A DNA stretch of 64,000 nucleotides from Octopus sinensis (taxonomy: Eukaryota), in NCBI RefSeq assembly GCF_006345805.1, contig NC_043021.1, positions 10,602,001 through 10,666,000 on the forward strand. The letters are read 5' to 3'. This document shows positions 25,723 through 39,701 of this stretch, in pieces. The notes beneath the pieces were generated by a model. The model worked only from the letters and a program-made list of their open reading frames with translations. It was not told the DNA's origin and did not search any database. The position numbers and the translations under genes are program-made. Every line of letters starts with the position of its first letter. Within the stretch, counting starts at the first letter, position 1.

Positions 25723-26519
25723 CTAAACCTTTACCAATTAGTTCCATACTTGTGTGACAACATATCTCATTAATCCTGCCTGTTTGACATCATTGCAGAA
25801 GCAGATAGAGTGTGGGTTAAAATCATTGCTCCAGGGAAGGACTTCTTTTTTTTTTTTGTGCAGGTTACTTGATTTAAGGTAAAAAAGAAAAAAAATCTAC
25901 AAAAATTAGTGGGTATGCTGTAGCACCAACAACCCTGTGAATCAAAGATGTGGCCCTATTATATTTTTCCTAAATTCATCTTGGTTTATCTTTGACATAC
26001 CTTATGAATCAGTTAATCCAAACCTCTCCTAATCTCTCCTACCAACCTACCTCCTCCTCCTAAGTCACATAGGGTTGACATTGTCGTTTACCCTCAGATT
26101 AACAATGATTGAGCCAATCTACATTCACAAGAATTCCATCCATGACTATCCTGCCTTTCTGTAAGGTAAAGTATATCCAGAACTACATTAAACAGTCCTC
26201 CTGTTTTTAAGACATTATGCTGTGGTTTTGAGGGAGATTTACTGCTATTTATACCAGGGCATGCAGCTGCACTAGGGGACATGTAGATTTGGTTGTGTTT
26301 ATTTAGCTTCGATCCAACAAACTTATGATCTAGAACGACACAATCCAACAGACCTTTGTTTTTGCGAAGACTGTCGGATCTTTCCAGAAGATATTTGGAT
26401 GATATTAACAGTAGGGTTAGAAATACTCAATTCTGTGCTGCTACTCTTGTTTATAACTGTTGCAAATGGTTTATGCACACATATGTAACGTGTGTGTGTG
26501 TGTGTGTGTGTGTATGTAA

Positions 26520-26840
26520 GACTCTGCCGGTTACGACGACGAGGGTCCCAGCTGATACGATCAACGGAACAGCTTGCTCGTGAAATTAACGTGCAAATGG
26601 CTGAGCATTCCACAGACACGTGTACCCTTAACGTAGTTCTCGGGGAAAATCAGCGTGACACAGAGAGTGACAAGGCTGACCCTTTGAAATACAAGTACAA
26701 CTCATTTTTGCCAGCTGAGTGGACTGGAGCAACGTGAAATAAAGTGTCTTGCTCAAGGACACAATGCGTCGCCGGGAATCGAACTCACAACCTTACGATC
26801 ATGAGCCGAATGCCCTAACCACTAAGCCACGCGCCCTCAC
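26520..26840 (-). mobile_element. tRNA-derived SINE, head D + tail X
   Basis: gtgagggcgcgtggcttagtggttaggg...gagttcgattcccgg...gtgtccttgagcaagacactt. Head D also at 24300-24452(-), 27930-28045(-), 30490-30600(-), 58280-58395(-). Confidence 0.88.
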
Positions 26841-27179
26841 TGTGTGTATGTATTGACGAATGGGAAGAAAATACTCAGCATTCCATTAGAATATAACAAT
26901 TTATTTCAGCTGATTCAATAGCTTGTTACTCTGGAGTTTTCCCAGCATGCAAACAGTTTGTTGGACAGGAAATAACTGGATGCCATTATCATCATTATTT
27001 TCAAGTCCTGTTTTTTTTTTTGTCCATGCTGGGATGGATTGGAGGAGATCACTTGGGGTAGTATTCTCTGGCCAGGTACTCTTCCAGTCACCAACCCTTG
27101 TTTTTAAGTAAAGGTTTCTTTTTTTGTCTCTTATTCCACTGGTTTTTACATGTTGAAACTGCCAAACTACTGGATGTAT

Positions 27180-27620
27180 TCTTATTTCTTTATTGCCCAC
27201 AAGGGGCTAAATATAGAGGAGACAAACAAGAACAGATAAACGGATTAAGTCGATTACATCGACCCCAGTGTGTAACTGGTACTTAATTTATTGACCCCGA
27301 AAGGATGAAAGACAAAGTCGACCTTGGCGAAATTTGAACTCAGAACGTAGTGGCAGACGAAATACCGCTAAGCATTTTGCCCCGCATCCTAATGTTCCTT
27401 ATTTCTTTATTGCCCTCAAGGGGCTAAACATAGAGGGGACAAACAAGGACAGACAGAGGGATTAAGTCGATTACATTGACCTCAGTGCGTAACTGGTACT
27501 TAATTTATCAACCCTGAAAGGATGAAAGGCAAAGTTGACCTTGGCGGAATTTGAACTCGGACGAAATACCGCTAAGCATTTTGCCCGGCATGCTAACATT
27601 TCTGTCATTTCGCCGCCTTA
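27180..27620 (-). mobile_element. Two abutting or nested family B SINEs
   Basis: Two copies of the B body on the minus strand with a junction at ~27395. Confidence 0.88.
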
Positions 27621-28629
27621 TTGTTGTACAAATTGTATCATGCAAAAACTCGTGCAAGAAGCATTCCCACATGCATATGCATGTAGCCTCTCACCCCCTC
27701 TCTCTCCCTTTATATATGTGTGTATGTGAGTGTGTATGTGTGTGAGTGAGTGTATGTGTGATGGACTTCCCCATTGATGATGATGTATGAGAATTCAGCT
27801 TTTACCGAATGACCTGCTCAAAATGATACGTTTATAGTGATCGAATGTTCGTGTTGCACATTAACTTACTCTCTCCATCAAATCAACATTGTCTGAACAG
27901 GTGCTTGGTGTGCCACATGTCAGATGTTAAAGCGACCACAGAGCAATGTGAGATGAAGTGTCCTGCTCAAGAACACAATGCACCGCCTGGTCTGGGAATT
28001 GAAACTGCGATCTAGCAATTGTGAGTGCAACACCCTAACCACTAGCCTTTCACCCCCCCCCCACATACAAATGGTCATCATGCAATTTCCAGACTTGGAA
28101 AATAGACTCAAAATGATGGTGTGGTTGGCATCAGGAAGGGCATCTAATTGTAAAAAGGGTGCCAAGACAGATAGTGAAGTATGAGGCAGTCCTTGATTGA
28201 TCAGATTTTTGTCAAACTATCCAACCCATGCCAGCATGGAACATGTATGTTAAATGAAGATGATGATGATGATGATATATAGCCGATAGTTTTAAGGTAT
28301 TGAAAATTACTATGTAGTTAAGAAGCTTGGTTTGCAAAAAGTATAGTAATTGGCTGAAGAAGCTGCCATTCTTGAAGAAATCTGAATTGAAACAGAACAC
28401 CTCTGCTCTTTTACTTATTAGTTTCAGATCACACACCTTGTCATTTATTTCTGCTTCACTTTGTAAAATATGAGGAGTTGTCTGCATCTGGAACACACAA
28501 TCTTTCTCTCTTCCATATCACCACCCGATTCTTCAGAAGAACTAATTCTTCTGATTGTTATTAGTGGAACTGGTGGTGGATTTGCTTTGTCGTTTACTGG
28601 GGTTCAGGTTGATTGGCAATTTGTATACT

Positions 28630-29028
28630 CTTTACTCTTTTACTTGTTTCAGTCATTTGACTGTTTCCATGCTGGAGCACTGCCTTTAGTCGAGCAAATC
28701 AACCCCAGGAGTTATTCTTTGTAAACCTAGCACTTATTCTATTGGTCTCTTTTTGCCGAACTGCCAAGTTACGGGGACATAAACACACCAGCATCGGTTG
28801 TCAAGCGATGTTGAGGGGCCAAACACATACACACACATACATATATATATATATATACATATATACGACGGGCTTCTTTCAGTTTCTGTCTACCAAATCC
28901 ACTCACAAGGCTTTGGTCAGCCCAAGGCTATAGTAGAAGACACTTGCCCAAGGTGCCATGCAGTGGGACTGAACCCAGAACCATGTGGTTGGTAAGCAAA
29001 TTACTTATTACACAGCCACTCCTGCGCC
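28630..29028 (-). mobile_element. tRNA-derived SINE family A
   Basis: Reverse-complement match to the 49544 copy. Confidence 0.9.
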
Positions 29029-29547
29029 TATAGTTGATCTTTCATTTTATTATTGTTATTTTTTGGCGAAACCAGCAATTGTAGTGATTTCTGGGGTCAC
29101 AAAAATCATGGGGTTTGAAAAGGAAATGACTTTTACTATTTAGTCAAATTGGTAACATTTCATTGTACTCTGCACAGCAGATGTCTGGTGCTTCATCTTT
29201 CTCATACCTCTCAACAAAATAGCTGTAGGCAAGTCTCTTCCTTGAGGATGTTATATATATATATCAATAATAATAAAGGGTAAAATTAATTAATCAGTTA
29301 ATAATTAATAATTTTACCAAGTAGTTCGGTATGTTAAAAGAACCATTATCAGTAACCTTATACAAAAATTCTATAATTATAAGTATAATTATAATTAGGG
29401 TTCAGCAAAAATTGCTTCACCACTTATCTGTCTGGGAGAAATCTTATGGTAGTGGAATAGTATTTAACTGCTATTTCTAAATTTCAGTATGTGGTGAAGC
29501 AAGTTTTGCTGAACCCTAATTATAATTATGCTTATAATTATAGAATT

Positions 29548-29578
<31 letters not shown>

Positions 29579-31429
29579 TACATACATATATATATAGAAA
29601 AGAAGTTTGGGTGATTTACAGAAGCAGGATTGGTGCCATTTTGGATTGCCATAAAAAAGGAAAGAAAAAAGAAAAACAAAAAGAACAAGTCACATGAAAA
29701 GAAGCATGGATGCGCAGAATAACTAGAATTTGATTTTGCAAAATGTAGACATGGTAGAAAAATTTTGGATAGAAATTTCAAAACTGAAAATTCCATAGAA
29801 ACACTTGTTTGTTCTCTCATAAGAAAATTTCTGGTGCAGCATGAAATTCTAGGCCTTTCAGTTACTGCTATTACAAGTGAAGCTGATGAAAGTTTATATA
29901 CATACACACACACTCTCTCTCTCTCTCTCATCTAGCAGTATTAGTTACCATGGATGGAATAAAAAAACAATAATGGAGTCAGACGATCTCAAAGATTTGC
30001 CTGTTATGAAGTTTATTAAGCTTACGGAGAAAATTGACCATCTCTCTCTCTCTCTCTTCCACAATGTCCAGCTGAATATAACTTTGTGGAATAGAATAGT
30101 TTGATGTTTTGCTAATTACTGGTCAAAACTAATATGGTTGTCTTTCAAATCAATACCTATGTGAGATGGTTTGTAATTAATCTGTCAGTCATCTATATTG
30201 ATGAAGACTTCTTTAATATGCTGTAATTATATGAGTTTGACTCATAACTTAAAAATACATCCTGTTTTCTACTCAGTTATCTCTGGATGCAGGACTCCAT
30301 GACCTTGCAGTTAGTTTTTACTAATGTCATTGTATTGATCTGACTATCATATCGATCTGACACTGCTGGTCACAATGCCCTTCTCTACATTGTTTGTAGG
30401 TTTTTGAGTGATGCCACTTTGCAGGTGGATCGGTAAGCAAATGCCCCCTGCCAAGCAGACTACCAGTTTGATATGATCATCCATTTACAGCTGAGTGTTA
30501 TGAAGTTTGCTCAAGGACACAATACATTGCTGGCCTTGGGAATTGAAACCACAATCTTGCAATTGTGAGTGTAAGACCCTAACCACACGACCATGTGTCT
30601 TTACCAATATCTAAGACATTTTTGATGGGAGAAAAAATGAAGATAACAATGAAGAAAAGGATAATTGGCGCTTATTATAATATCTGATCACCTTGAGCCA
30701 CAATTTGGAAAGGGGAATTGCTCTTGTTGGTTTAATTGCTTTGGGGATAAGAAAAAAAAATATTTCAAACATTTTCGGGTGTCTTGATTGCAACAATATG
30801 ATTTATACTGGGGTCTATTATAGATACCCTAGTTGTAATTGAACATGCTGAGGTAACCACAAAATCTTAAATCTCTTTCTTGTATTTTATATATTTTAAC
30901 TTGCTCCTCTGAAGTTTTGGGAGAAACTAAAATAGCCTTTTTGTTGTCTTCGTATGTGTTATACACTAAATGGTGAAATAAGTTTTTCTTCTTGAAAAAT
31001 TCCAATGATTCATTTCCTTATTTTGCCACAAATTTCTGTTTCTTTGAATATACTTCAATCTCAGAATAGTCTTCTTTAGATTTTATCATCTGTTTCTTTC
31101 TTACTGATGAGATGGGCTAAATTATGTAGTTGATTGGCCAAACTCTGTAGTTGATTTCTGAATCTAAACTAGTAATGGAACTATCGTAGCACAGATAAAT
31201 ATTTAAAAGAACCATTGCAATAGTTGTCTGTCTGTGTGTCTTTCTCTGTGTTTGTCTGCCTACCTGTCTGTTTCATTCTAATATGAAGTTTTCACAACAT
31301 CACTATAAGATTTCTGTATCATACACCCAGTCCAGTCCAGTCCAGCCCAGCCCATCCCTGCCCGGTCTGGTCCATTCCATTCCAGTCCAGTCCACTCCAA
31401 ACATCCATCCATTGACTTCCAGTTTACAG

Positions 31430-31620
31430 ACTCTTCGTATCATCGTTCATTGGCAATTCAGATGCAGTCTGTGAAGGTTACCAAAAAACGGTGGCTGAGA
31501 AAACGAGCAAGCAAAGACTTTGGCAAAGTGGCTGACAAGCGCTTATCAATGGACACCATTTATGCTCTTAACGACGAGTTTAATGATGCGACCACATTCT
31601 TCAAACAAGACACGAGATAT
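31430..31620 (+). CDS. Coding exon candidate (xSSYHRSLAIQMQSVKVTKKRWLRKRASKDFGKVADKRLSMDTIYALNDEFNDATTFFKQDTRY)
   Basis: Acceptor ttccagtttacag (phase 1; an alternative phase-0 acceptor sits before 31462), donor |gtaagc. Open frame with coding-like composition, followed by T-rich intron sequence. Confidence 0.65.
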
Positions 31621-32137
31621 GTAAGCGTCCTCTTTGGGAGAACAAAACCTGTCTATTCCTCAGCATTGTTACCTTATTTTTGTTTTCCTTTTTTTTTTTT
31701 TTTTTTTTTTATACGAAAAAATTCCATTTCTTCACTAGTTTGTCTGCTCTTGCTGGTTCTCATGTTTTCGTTTGTCTTGTTCTGCCATTCATTGCATTAG
31801 CTGCTGAACTGCTATGCTGGTTTTTGTTTCCCGTTTTTTTTTTGTTTTTTTTTTAATTTAACCACTTTTGCTCACACTTTTGCTGCATTCGTTTTTTGGG
31901 GTTTTTTTGTGAAAAAAAAACTAAATACAAAAAATGAAAAAATAATAAAAAAACAAATAATGAAAAAACTCTAGCATATTTATAATGCACAAGAAAGGAA
32001 AAAAACCCTATTTCTAGCAGACCTTGCTTAACGTGTTCAAAATATTAACAAATTTTAATGGTTTGGTTTTCATTTTTGGCATATTTTTCCTGCTTTATTT
32101 AACCTTGCTTTATCACCTATCCTAGCTCTAATGTTGT

Positions 32138-32168
<31 letters not shown>

Positions 32169-32208
32169 TTATTAGAAGGTTTGGAGATGATGTACAGGTA
32201 TTATATAA

Positions 32209-32432
32209 TAGAAGAAATGAGGTACTCAGAAATCTGGATGGTTTTATATTTACAGATATTTATTAGTATGTTACATGTTTTTATAAATCATTTATCATAT
32301 ATTCGCGCTTTCGTCCACTCTAGTGGAGAATGGACGAAAGCGCTGATATATGATTTATAAAAACATGTAACATACTAATAAATATCTGTAAATATAAAAC
32401 CATCCAGATTTCTGAGTATCTCATTTCTTCTA
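32209..32432. repeat. Fold-back element (~100-bp arms) between (TA)n tracts, Penelope-like
   Basis: tagaagaaatgaggtactcagaaatctggatgg... pairs with ...ccatccagatttctgagtatctcatttcttcta. Confidence 0.9.
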
Positions 32433-32699
32433 ATATAAAAATATATATATATAAATAACAGTTGTTTATTTCAGCTCCATATGACATAAAGTTTTGTGGG
32501 CACATAGGATGTGTTCACCTCATAAGATGGACACGCCCTATGTGCTCTTCTGATATAAGATGGATGCATGATGCATCCCATGCGCCCAGGCAAGTTCAAG
32601 TCATGTGGAGTTGAGTCAAACTGTTATTAAAAATATATGTAGCTCCTACCAAACGTATTGAGTGCTACTTTCTTTCGTTTGTTCACTCACTCAAAAAGC

Positions 32700-32733
<34 letters not shown>

Positions 32734-33109
32734 GGTGTATATATCTCTTTGTCTATTTATCTTAACTCTCTATCTCTATATATATATATATACACACACA
32801 CACATATATATACATATATATATCATGCTATTTGCTTTCTTTGAACTAGTGCCTTATTAACTTACTAATTTACACCTGTCTCACATGTCGTCTGATAGTC
32901 CTTATTATTTCTGTTGCTCTTAGTCATAATCATAGTTTGTAGTTGTTCTTCGGAGAAACACTTTAAAAACAAACAAAAAAATGGCTGTCTTCTATTGGAA
33001 TTTGATATGCTTTCACCATTTTATCATTTCTTATTTCAATTAATTAATCAAGGTAGATGATTAATGAATTTCTTAGTTAATTGATTTATTAATTTTTCTA
33101 TCATTGACC

Positions 33110-33312
<203 letters not shown>

Positions 33313-34181
33313 CATACACAAGTATCTATATATAGATATTGTATTCATTCTTGATTATCATATTGGGACAGCAAGTTCTTGGAAAATTAAATTTTATCTG
33401 TGACCTACTACTATCTGCTCTCCCTTCTCTTGAGAGAAGGTGTAAACATCATAACAGTGACTCTTATGTTCTTTCCTTTAGATCTGAGGCCTCAGTCATG
33501 TTAAAGACTAAGCCCTTGACTTTTTACAGGATTCTGTGCTCCCAAGAATGTGAAGAGTTCTATTATTTTTAATCATCGTACTCTCCCCCACTGGGTTTCT
33601 CTGTGTAGATAAATCTTAGTACAGCTATTCTGGAGTGTTTTTAGAAAACCTTATTATTGAATAACTTTTTACATGCTTGGAGTAACAGCTAAATATCTCT
33701 CAAAATCACACCTACCCTCTACTTAATGATTTAGGGCACAGTGGATAATGTAATCCTTGATATATAAAATGACGGAATGGTCATGGCAGGAATGCCTTTG
33801 ATCATGTGTCTGATCAGTCAGGGCTGACCTGGGGCTGAACAACAAGCAGCAAAATCCAACAGTAATACCACCAAACTCATCGATGAGCCAACAAGGGGTT
33901 CTCAATGTGGTCATTCAACTTACATGAAATAGCAGATAAAATCTCCCTTAATCTCCCTTAAATATGCTCTACTGTCTTTGAAAGAATGAAAGACACATTG
34001 GCTAATGTATTCTTTGTAATACACACCTCTTTTGGATTAGTGCCATACTTAATCCTTTCAGTTCTACTGGCTAAGGTTCTTTACCACTATTTGAAGTGTT
34101 CAATATCTTTGTTGTTTTGAAAGTGGTCTTGTTAAAACTCTCACACACTAGCATTCATTTGAGACTCCATATGTGTTCATG

Positions 34182-34490
34182 TGTGGAGGCACAATGGCCC
34201 AGTGGTTAGGGCAGCAGACTCACGGTCATAGGATTGCGGTTTCGATTCCCAGACCGAGCGTTGTGAGTGTTTATTGAGCGAAAACACCTAAAAGCTCCAC
34301 GAGGCTCCAGCAGATAGTGGTGGCGATCCCTTCTGTACGCTTTTGTCGCAACTTTCTCTCGCTCTTTCTTCTGTTGGCCTGCTCGCTTAGCCAGCGGGGT
34401 GGCGTCATTTGAAGGCTAAAACAATGCAAAGCGCATTGTGACCAGCGATGTGTAGCAACATCTGATAGCCTGGTCGGTCATGTGATCAAA
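34182..34490 (+). mobile_element. tRNA-derived SINE, head C + tail Y
   Basis: Head matches 23504; 3' part differs and matches the reverse complement of ~30350-30440. Confidence 0.85.
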
Positions 34491-35097
34491 TGATGTGTTC
34501 ATGTGTATGTGTGTTAGTGCTCTGGTTAGTTTGTATATATGTGTGTGTGTGTGTGCATACTTATAGCATGCGTGTGTGCATACTTATAGCATGTGTGTGT
34601 GTAGACACTTATATTGTATGTGTATAGCACTTGTGTACCTGTGTGTTATAGTGTGTGAATGTGCATTAAACAGTGTGTGTGTGTGTGTACACTAATGTGT
34701 TGTATGTATCTCATTAAATATGTTTCACACAAAGTATGTTGAATATTTTTTTTACATTTAAAAGAGAATGAAAAAAAATAAAGCAAAAGAAATTGTTGGA
34801 GTGATAATTTTTTTTTTTTTTTAGTCAGATAGACACACAATTTCTAACATCAGCTACTAATCAAGAGGTTCAGGTTCAAATCCTATACAGAATGAAAACC
34901 TTTTTTTTTTTTTAGCAGCTTACTGAATATGTTACAATGTTATTCTTTTCCAATTTCATGTGAAAATTCTTTCACTTCTGATGCTATAATACACTTACTT
35001 CTCAAAGATATGAACATTACAATGTCAGCTTCTTTTTACTTTATTTTATTTTATTTTTTCGCTTTTACACTTTTATAATTCTAAAGCCTTGTGCCTA

Positions 35098-35137
<40 letters not shown>

Positions 35138-35390
35138 GTTGTTGTTGTTAGCATGCCGGGCAAAATGTTTAGTGGCATTTTGTCTGTCTTTACGTTTGGA
35201 GTTCAAATTTCGCCAAGGTCGACTTTGCCCTTCATTCTTTCAGAGTTGATAAAACAAGTACCAGTTGAGTACTGGGGTCGATGTAATCGACTCGTCCTCT
35301 CCCCCAAAATTTTAGGCCTTGTGCTTTTAGTAGAAAGGATTATTATCATTATTATTATTATTATTATTATTATTGATATTATTATCATCA

Positions 35391-35421
<31 letters not shown>

Positions 35422-35602
35422 GAGGCGGTAGAGTGAAGGATAAGATACTTTGTGGTGTCCTAGCTCTTTATGCGCTGAATTCAAATCTAGCTAAGGTAAA
35501 ATTTCCGTTTCAATTTCCTACTAAAATAAAGTACCATTTGAGTACAAGGGTCAGTTTAATTATTTCCTTTCAGATCATGTGCCTATGTAAGAAATTTTAT
35601 TA

Positions 35603-35644
<42 letters not shown>

Positions 35645-37340
35645 TATTATTATTATCGTTATTATTATTATTATTACTACTACTACTACTACTCCTCCTT
35701 GTAACTAAAATGGTATTCTTTAGAATCAAAAATATGTTTAAATTTTATTAATAGAAGGTAAAATAAACATAGCAAAAAAAAAAAAGAGAGCTTAGTCAGA
35801 GACAAACTTGTTGAAAAATTCTATGTATTTTGTTAACCATTTTCGTGTTCTAACTGATATTTTAGCTTTGATAATATCTGTTTACTAATAGTCATTAATA
35901 GTGCTAACTTAATTAAAAACAAATTAACCGGGAGCAGTGGTAGGCTGGTGGAAAACAAGGGCAACGGGCAGCTATAAATTTGTCAGGAATAACAAGTTAT
36001 ATAACTACACCTGGAATAACAACAACAGCAACAACAACAAAAATAACAATGATAATGAGAAGGAGGAAGTGGAATACAATAATAATTACATCAGGAATAA
36101 TTACAGTAATGTAACCATATAAGGAACAATACTGGTAATTATTGGATCAAGAGTAATAACTTGACTACAGAAGGAATGATATTGCTATTAATTACAGTTG
36201 TAATAACCATGACAGGAATAACAGAGCTAATAACTAACTACGTGGGAGAGCTTTTATATGTTTACCTTATCTGCTAGAAATAGCAGCTGAATCACACCCG
36301 AATCACATTGCAGCATCTTAGAGAAAATGATACATTTGATAATATAGTCCTTGATATACTATACCTTAGAAAAAAAATACACAATGAAAGGAAATTCACA
36401 ATTGGAAAAAACTTTGGTCATTTCATCAGGATTAATGAAGGACTAAACAACAGCAACAAGAATAACAAGAATACCAGCTGTAATAACCACGGGAATAATA
36501 CAAGCAACAATGAATAACTAATAACCACACCAACAATAACAAGAGTAATAACCCAAACATACCAGCAATAACAACTGTAATAACCATACAGGCAATTAAC
36601 AGCCGTAATAACCATCCATACTGGTACTAACAGTAATAACCATACCAGCAATAACAGTGGTAATGACCACATAAAACGTTAGCAATTTTAATATTTTAAA
36701 ACTGAATATCATATAATTGTATGATGGCAGTTCTTCATGTTTGAAAACCACGAGGAAGAGTGGTGCAACCTCTACTGGCTAAGTACATCGGTCTTTGACC
36801 ACTGCAGGGCTTTTCTTGCTGCCTGTGGTTAGTAGTTTTATTTAAAGCGGGGATCGGTCTGCAAAACCTGAATCCATGCTTTGAGACTTGGCGGTCAGTG
36901 GATGAAGACTGCTGCAGTGACCAGCAAACTAGGTTTTACATCGGAGTGGTCATCTCCTGTGTGAATTGCGTTACAGGCCTGGAGAGTTCCACCTACTCTG
37001 AAGTTTGCTGGAAGGGTGTCAAAAAGGGCACTGGAATGCCTGAGGAATTCCACTCCTTGGTTTGCTGTCGAGGTTGACTCCCCTAGCTTTTTCCTTTCCC
37101 AAGGCGCTCACAAAACATCTGGGATTTGTACTTGGTGCTTCTTCCATTAATTGCTAATTAACCCATAGTTAATTTAGATAAGATGCAAATCTCATCTAAA
37201 TTAACTATTGCTTAACCATTTTCTCACACTGTATCTGAGGAAGGGATATAATAAATATCCTGGAAATTTTCTAAAATCTTCACAGCCTTGGTTTTTTGTT
37301 ATCTCAGTCTGATATATGTGTGTATATATATATCTATCTA

Positions 37341-37381
<41 letters not shown>

Positions 37382-37800
37382 AAACAGGGAAATCTTTGGT
37401 ATTATTTATTTCTCCATTACACGCGTTTCATTTTCAAATAGGAATTTAGGAATTACAAAGATTTACATGTTATACAGACATGTACGGGATTTCCTATTAG
37501 AAAATCCCTAGACAGAGAAACTGGGAATTTACCCTAGCTATCAATATACATATATGTATATATATATATATATATAAATAAAGAAAATGGAACGGGTGTT
37601 TTTCACTATTTCATCTTTCACTTCAAAAATAACAAAACAGTAACAATAATAACCATGCCAAGAATAACACCTACATCCTCCTTAATAACCCCGCCAAGGA
37701 ATAAAAGTAACACCAAATAACCACAAGAAATAACAAGCGTTTTCTTCAAAAAACAATGAAGAAAGAATATTAAATATTTGATTTCTCTGCTTACTTTCAG

Positions 37801-37878
37801 AATGGACGGAAATCGTCTCTCTCCACTTTAGTGCATTTATTCTGTACCAAGAATCAGTCCTTCCCTACTGAAAACTTA
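37801..37878 (+). CDS. Coding exon candidate (NGRKSSLSTLVHLFCTKNQSFPTENL)
   Basis: Strong acceptor tttctctgcttactttcag, donor |gtaagc, 78 bp. Only the phase-0 frame is open, matching the previous exon. Confidence 0.55.
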
Positions 37879-39563
37879 GTAAGCATTTCCATCAACATTT
37901 ATCACACGGTTTCTGAAAATATTGATGATATTTATATTTCATTTCTCATGTAGAATTTGTATTTTTTTCCTTTTTGTATTAGTTCGTCACCTATCAAAAC
38001 AAGGTGGCTGGTACCCTGGCAATTGGTTGATATGACCAACGTGGGTTATCATACAATTGGTTTATGAAAATATTGGTGATGATAATATCTCTTTTCTCAT
38101 GTAGTATTAGTTCTTGTGACTTATGCTTACAGCTATTGTAACAAGGTGGCTGGTACCCTTGTGATTGGTTGATATGATCCACATGGGTTATCTTACAGGT
38201 AACGCCAGTGGCAGTCAATATAACACAGTCTTGTTGCCATTGTATCTACTACAGACCTGCTTCCTTTGTCTAGGTGTTATATGCTTATGATAAGTAACCA
38301 TGTATTCCACAGAGTTCAATTTGTGTATGCTTTGTTTATATGTAGGTATATATTATATCTGTACTATGTCAATATGTTTATAGACAAGTATAATTTGATA
38401 TAGTATACATTGTGTGTGTATGTGTGTGTGTGTGAGAGAGAGATAATTGCAGGCATGATTGTGTGGTAAGAAGTTTGCTTCCCAACCACATGGGTTCAAG
38501 TTCAATCCCACTGTATAGCACCTTGGGCTAGTGTTTTCTACTATAGTTCCAGGTTACCCAAAGCCTTACGAGTAGATTTTGTCGATCAAAACTGAAAGAA
38601 GCTGATCGTTTATATATATATATGTGTGTGTGTCCGTGTGTCCTCACCTGCACCACTTGATAACTGGTATTGGTGTGTTTATGTCACCATTACTTAGCAA
38701 TTTGACAAAAGAGACTGATAGAATAAGTACCCGGTTTTAAAATAAAATAAGTATTGGGTCTGATTCATTTGACTAAAACCCTTCAGGGCGGTGTGGTTCT
38801 CTCTTTTAAACATTGTGTTGCTGTCATGTCAGGTCTAAAGTCGCATAACATTAGCTATAGTGAAGTATCAACCCATAGCCGTCTATGTAGTCAATTGTCT
38901 CTCCTTCGTAACTTTTTAAACTGAATAATTACATTTTTAAAAGAAGCAGGCGCAGCTGAGTGATAAGAAGTTTGCTTTCCAACCACATAGTTCCGTGTTC
39001 AGTCCCACTGCGTGGCACCTTGGGCAAGTATCTTCCACTATAACCTCAGGCCGACTAAAGCCTTGTGAGTGGATTTGGTAGACGGAAACTGAAAGAAGCC
39101 TGTCGTATGTGTGTATGTCTGCACCTGTTTTTGTCCACCACCACTGCTTGACAACCGGTGTTAGTACGTTTATGTCCCAGTAGCTTAACGGTTCGGCAAT
39201 ATGAGACAGAGTATCAGGTTCTAAAAAAATAGTGGGGGCTATGCTTGACAACCGATGTTGGCGTGTTTACGTCCTATTAACTTTGCGGTTCGGCAAAAAG
39301 AGACCGATAGCATAAGTATCAGGCTTTAAAAATGTACTGGGACACTATGCGTTCGAGTAAAAGCACTTCGAGGTGGTGCTACAGCATGGCCGCGGTCTAA
39401 TGACGGAAACACGTAATAGATAAAAGATCCGCTCTCGCACTCAATTTTCAAGATGTTCAGGTTTTAACCAAGAGTTGTGTCCCTTCCATCTGATCTTTTC
39501 TCACCTTGCGGTGTTTTTTTTTTTTGTCTAAATTATATTTCTAAACTATGTGTTTGGATGTTC

Positions 39564-39601
<38 letters not shown>

Positions 39602-39701
39602 TATACTTTATATTTTCATCTACTTGCTGTATCATGATTTTCAACAGCCTACCTCATCCATGGTTATTATTTCCAAATGACTATGTCTTTCGTGGTTATT
39701 A

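Noticed and set aside
26760-26840. tRNA-like sequences with A/B boxes (also 23504, 34182, 49544, 13870)
   Set aside because: They are SINE heads continuing into repeat bodies, with imperfect acceptor stems; not tRNA genes.
35930-36670. Asn-rich and antisense Leu/Val-rich ORFs
   Set aside because: Degenerate (AAT/AAC)n low-complexity DNA.
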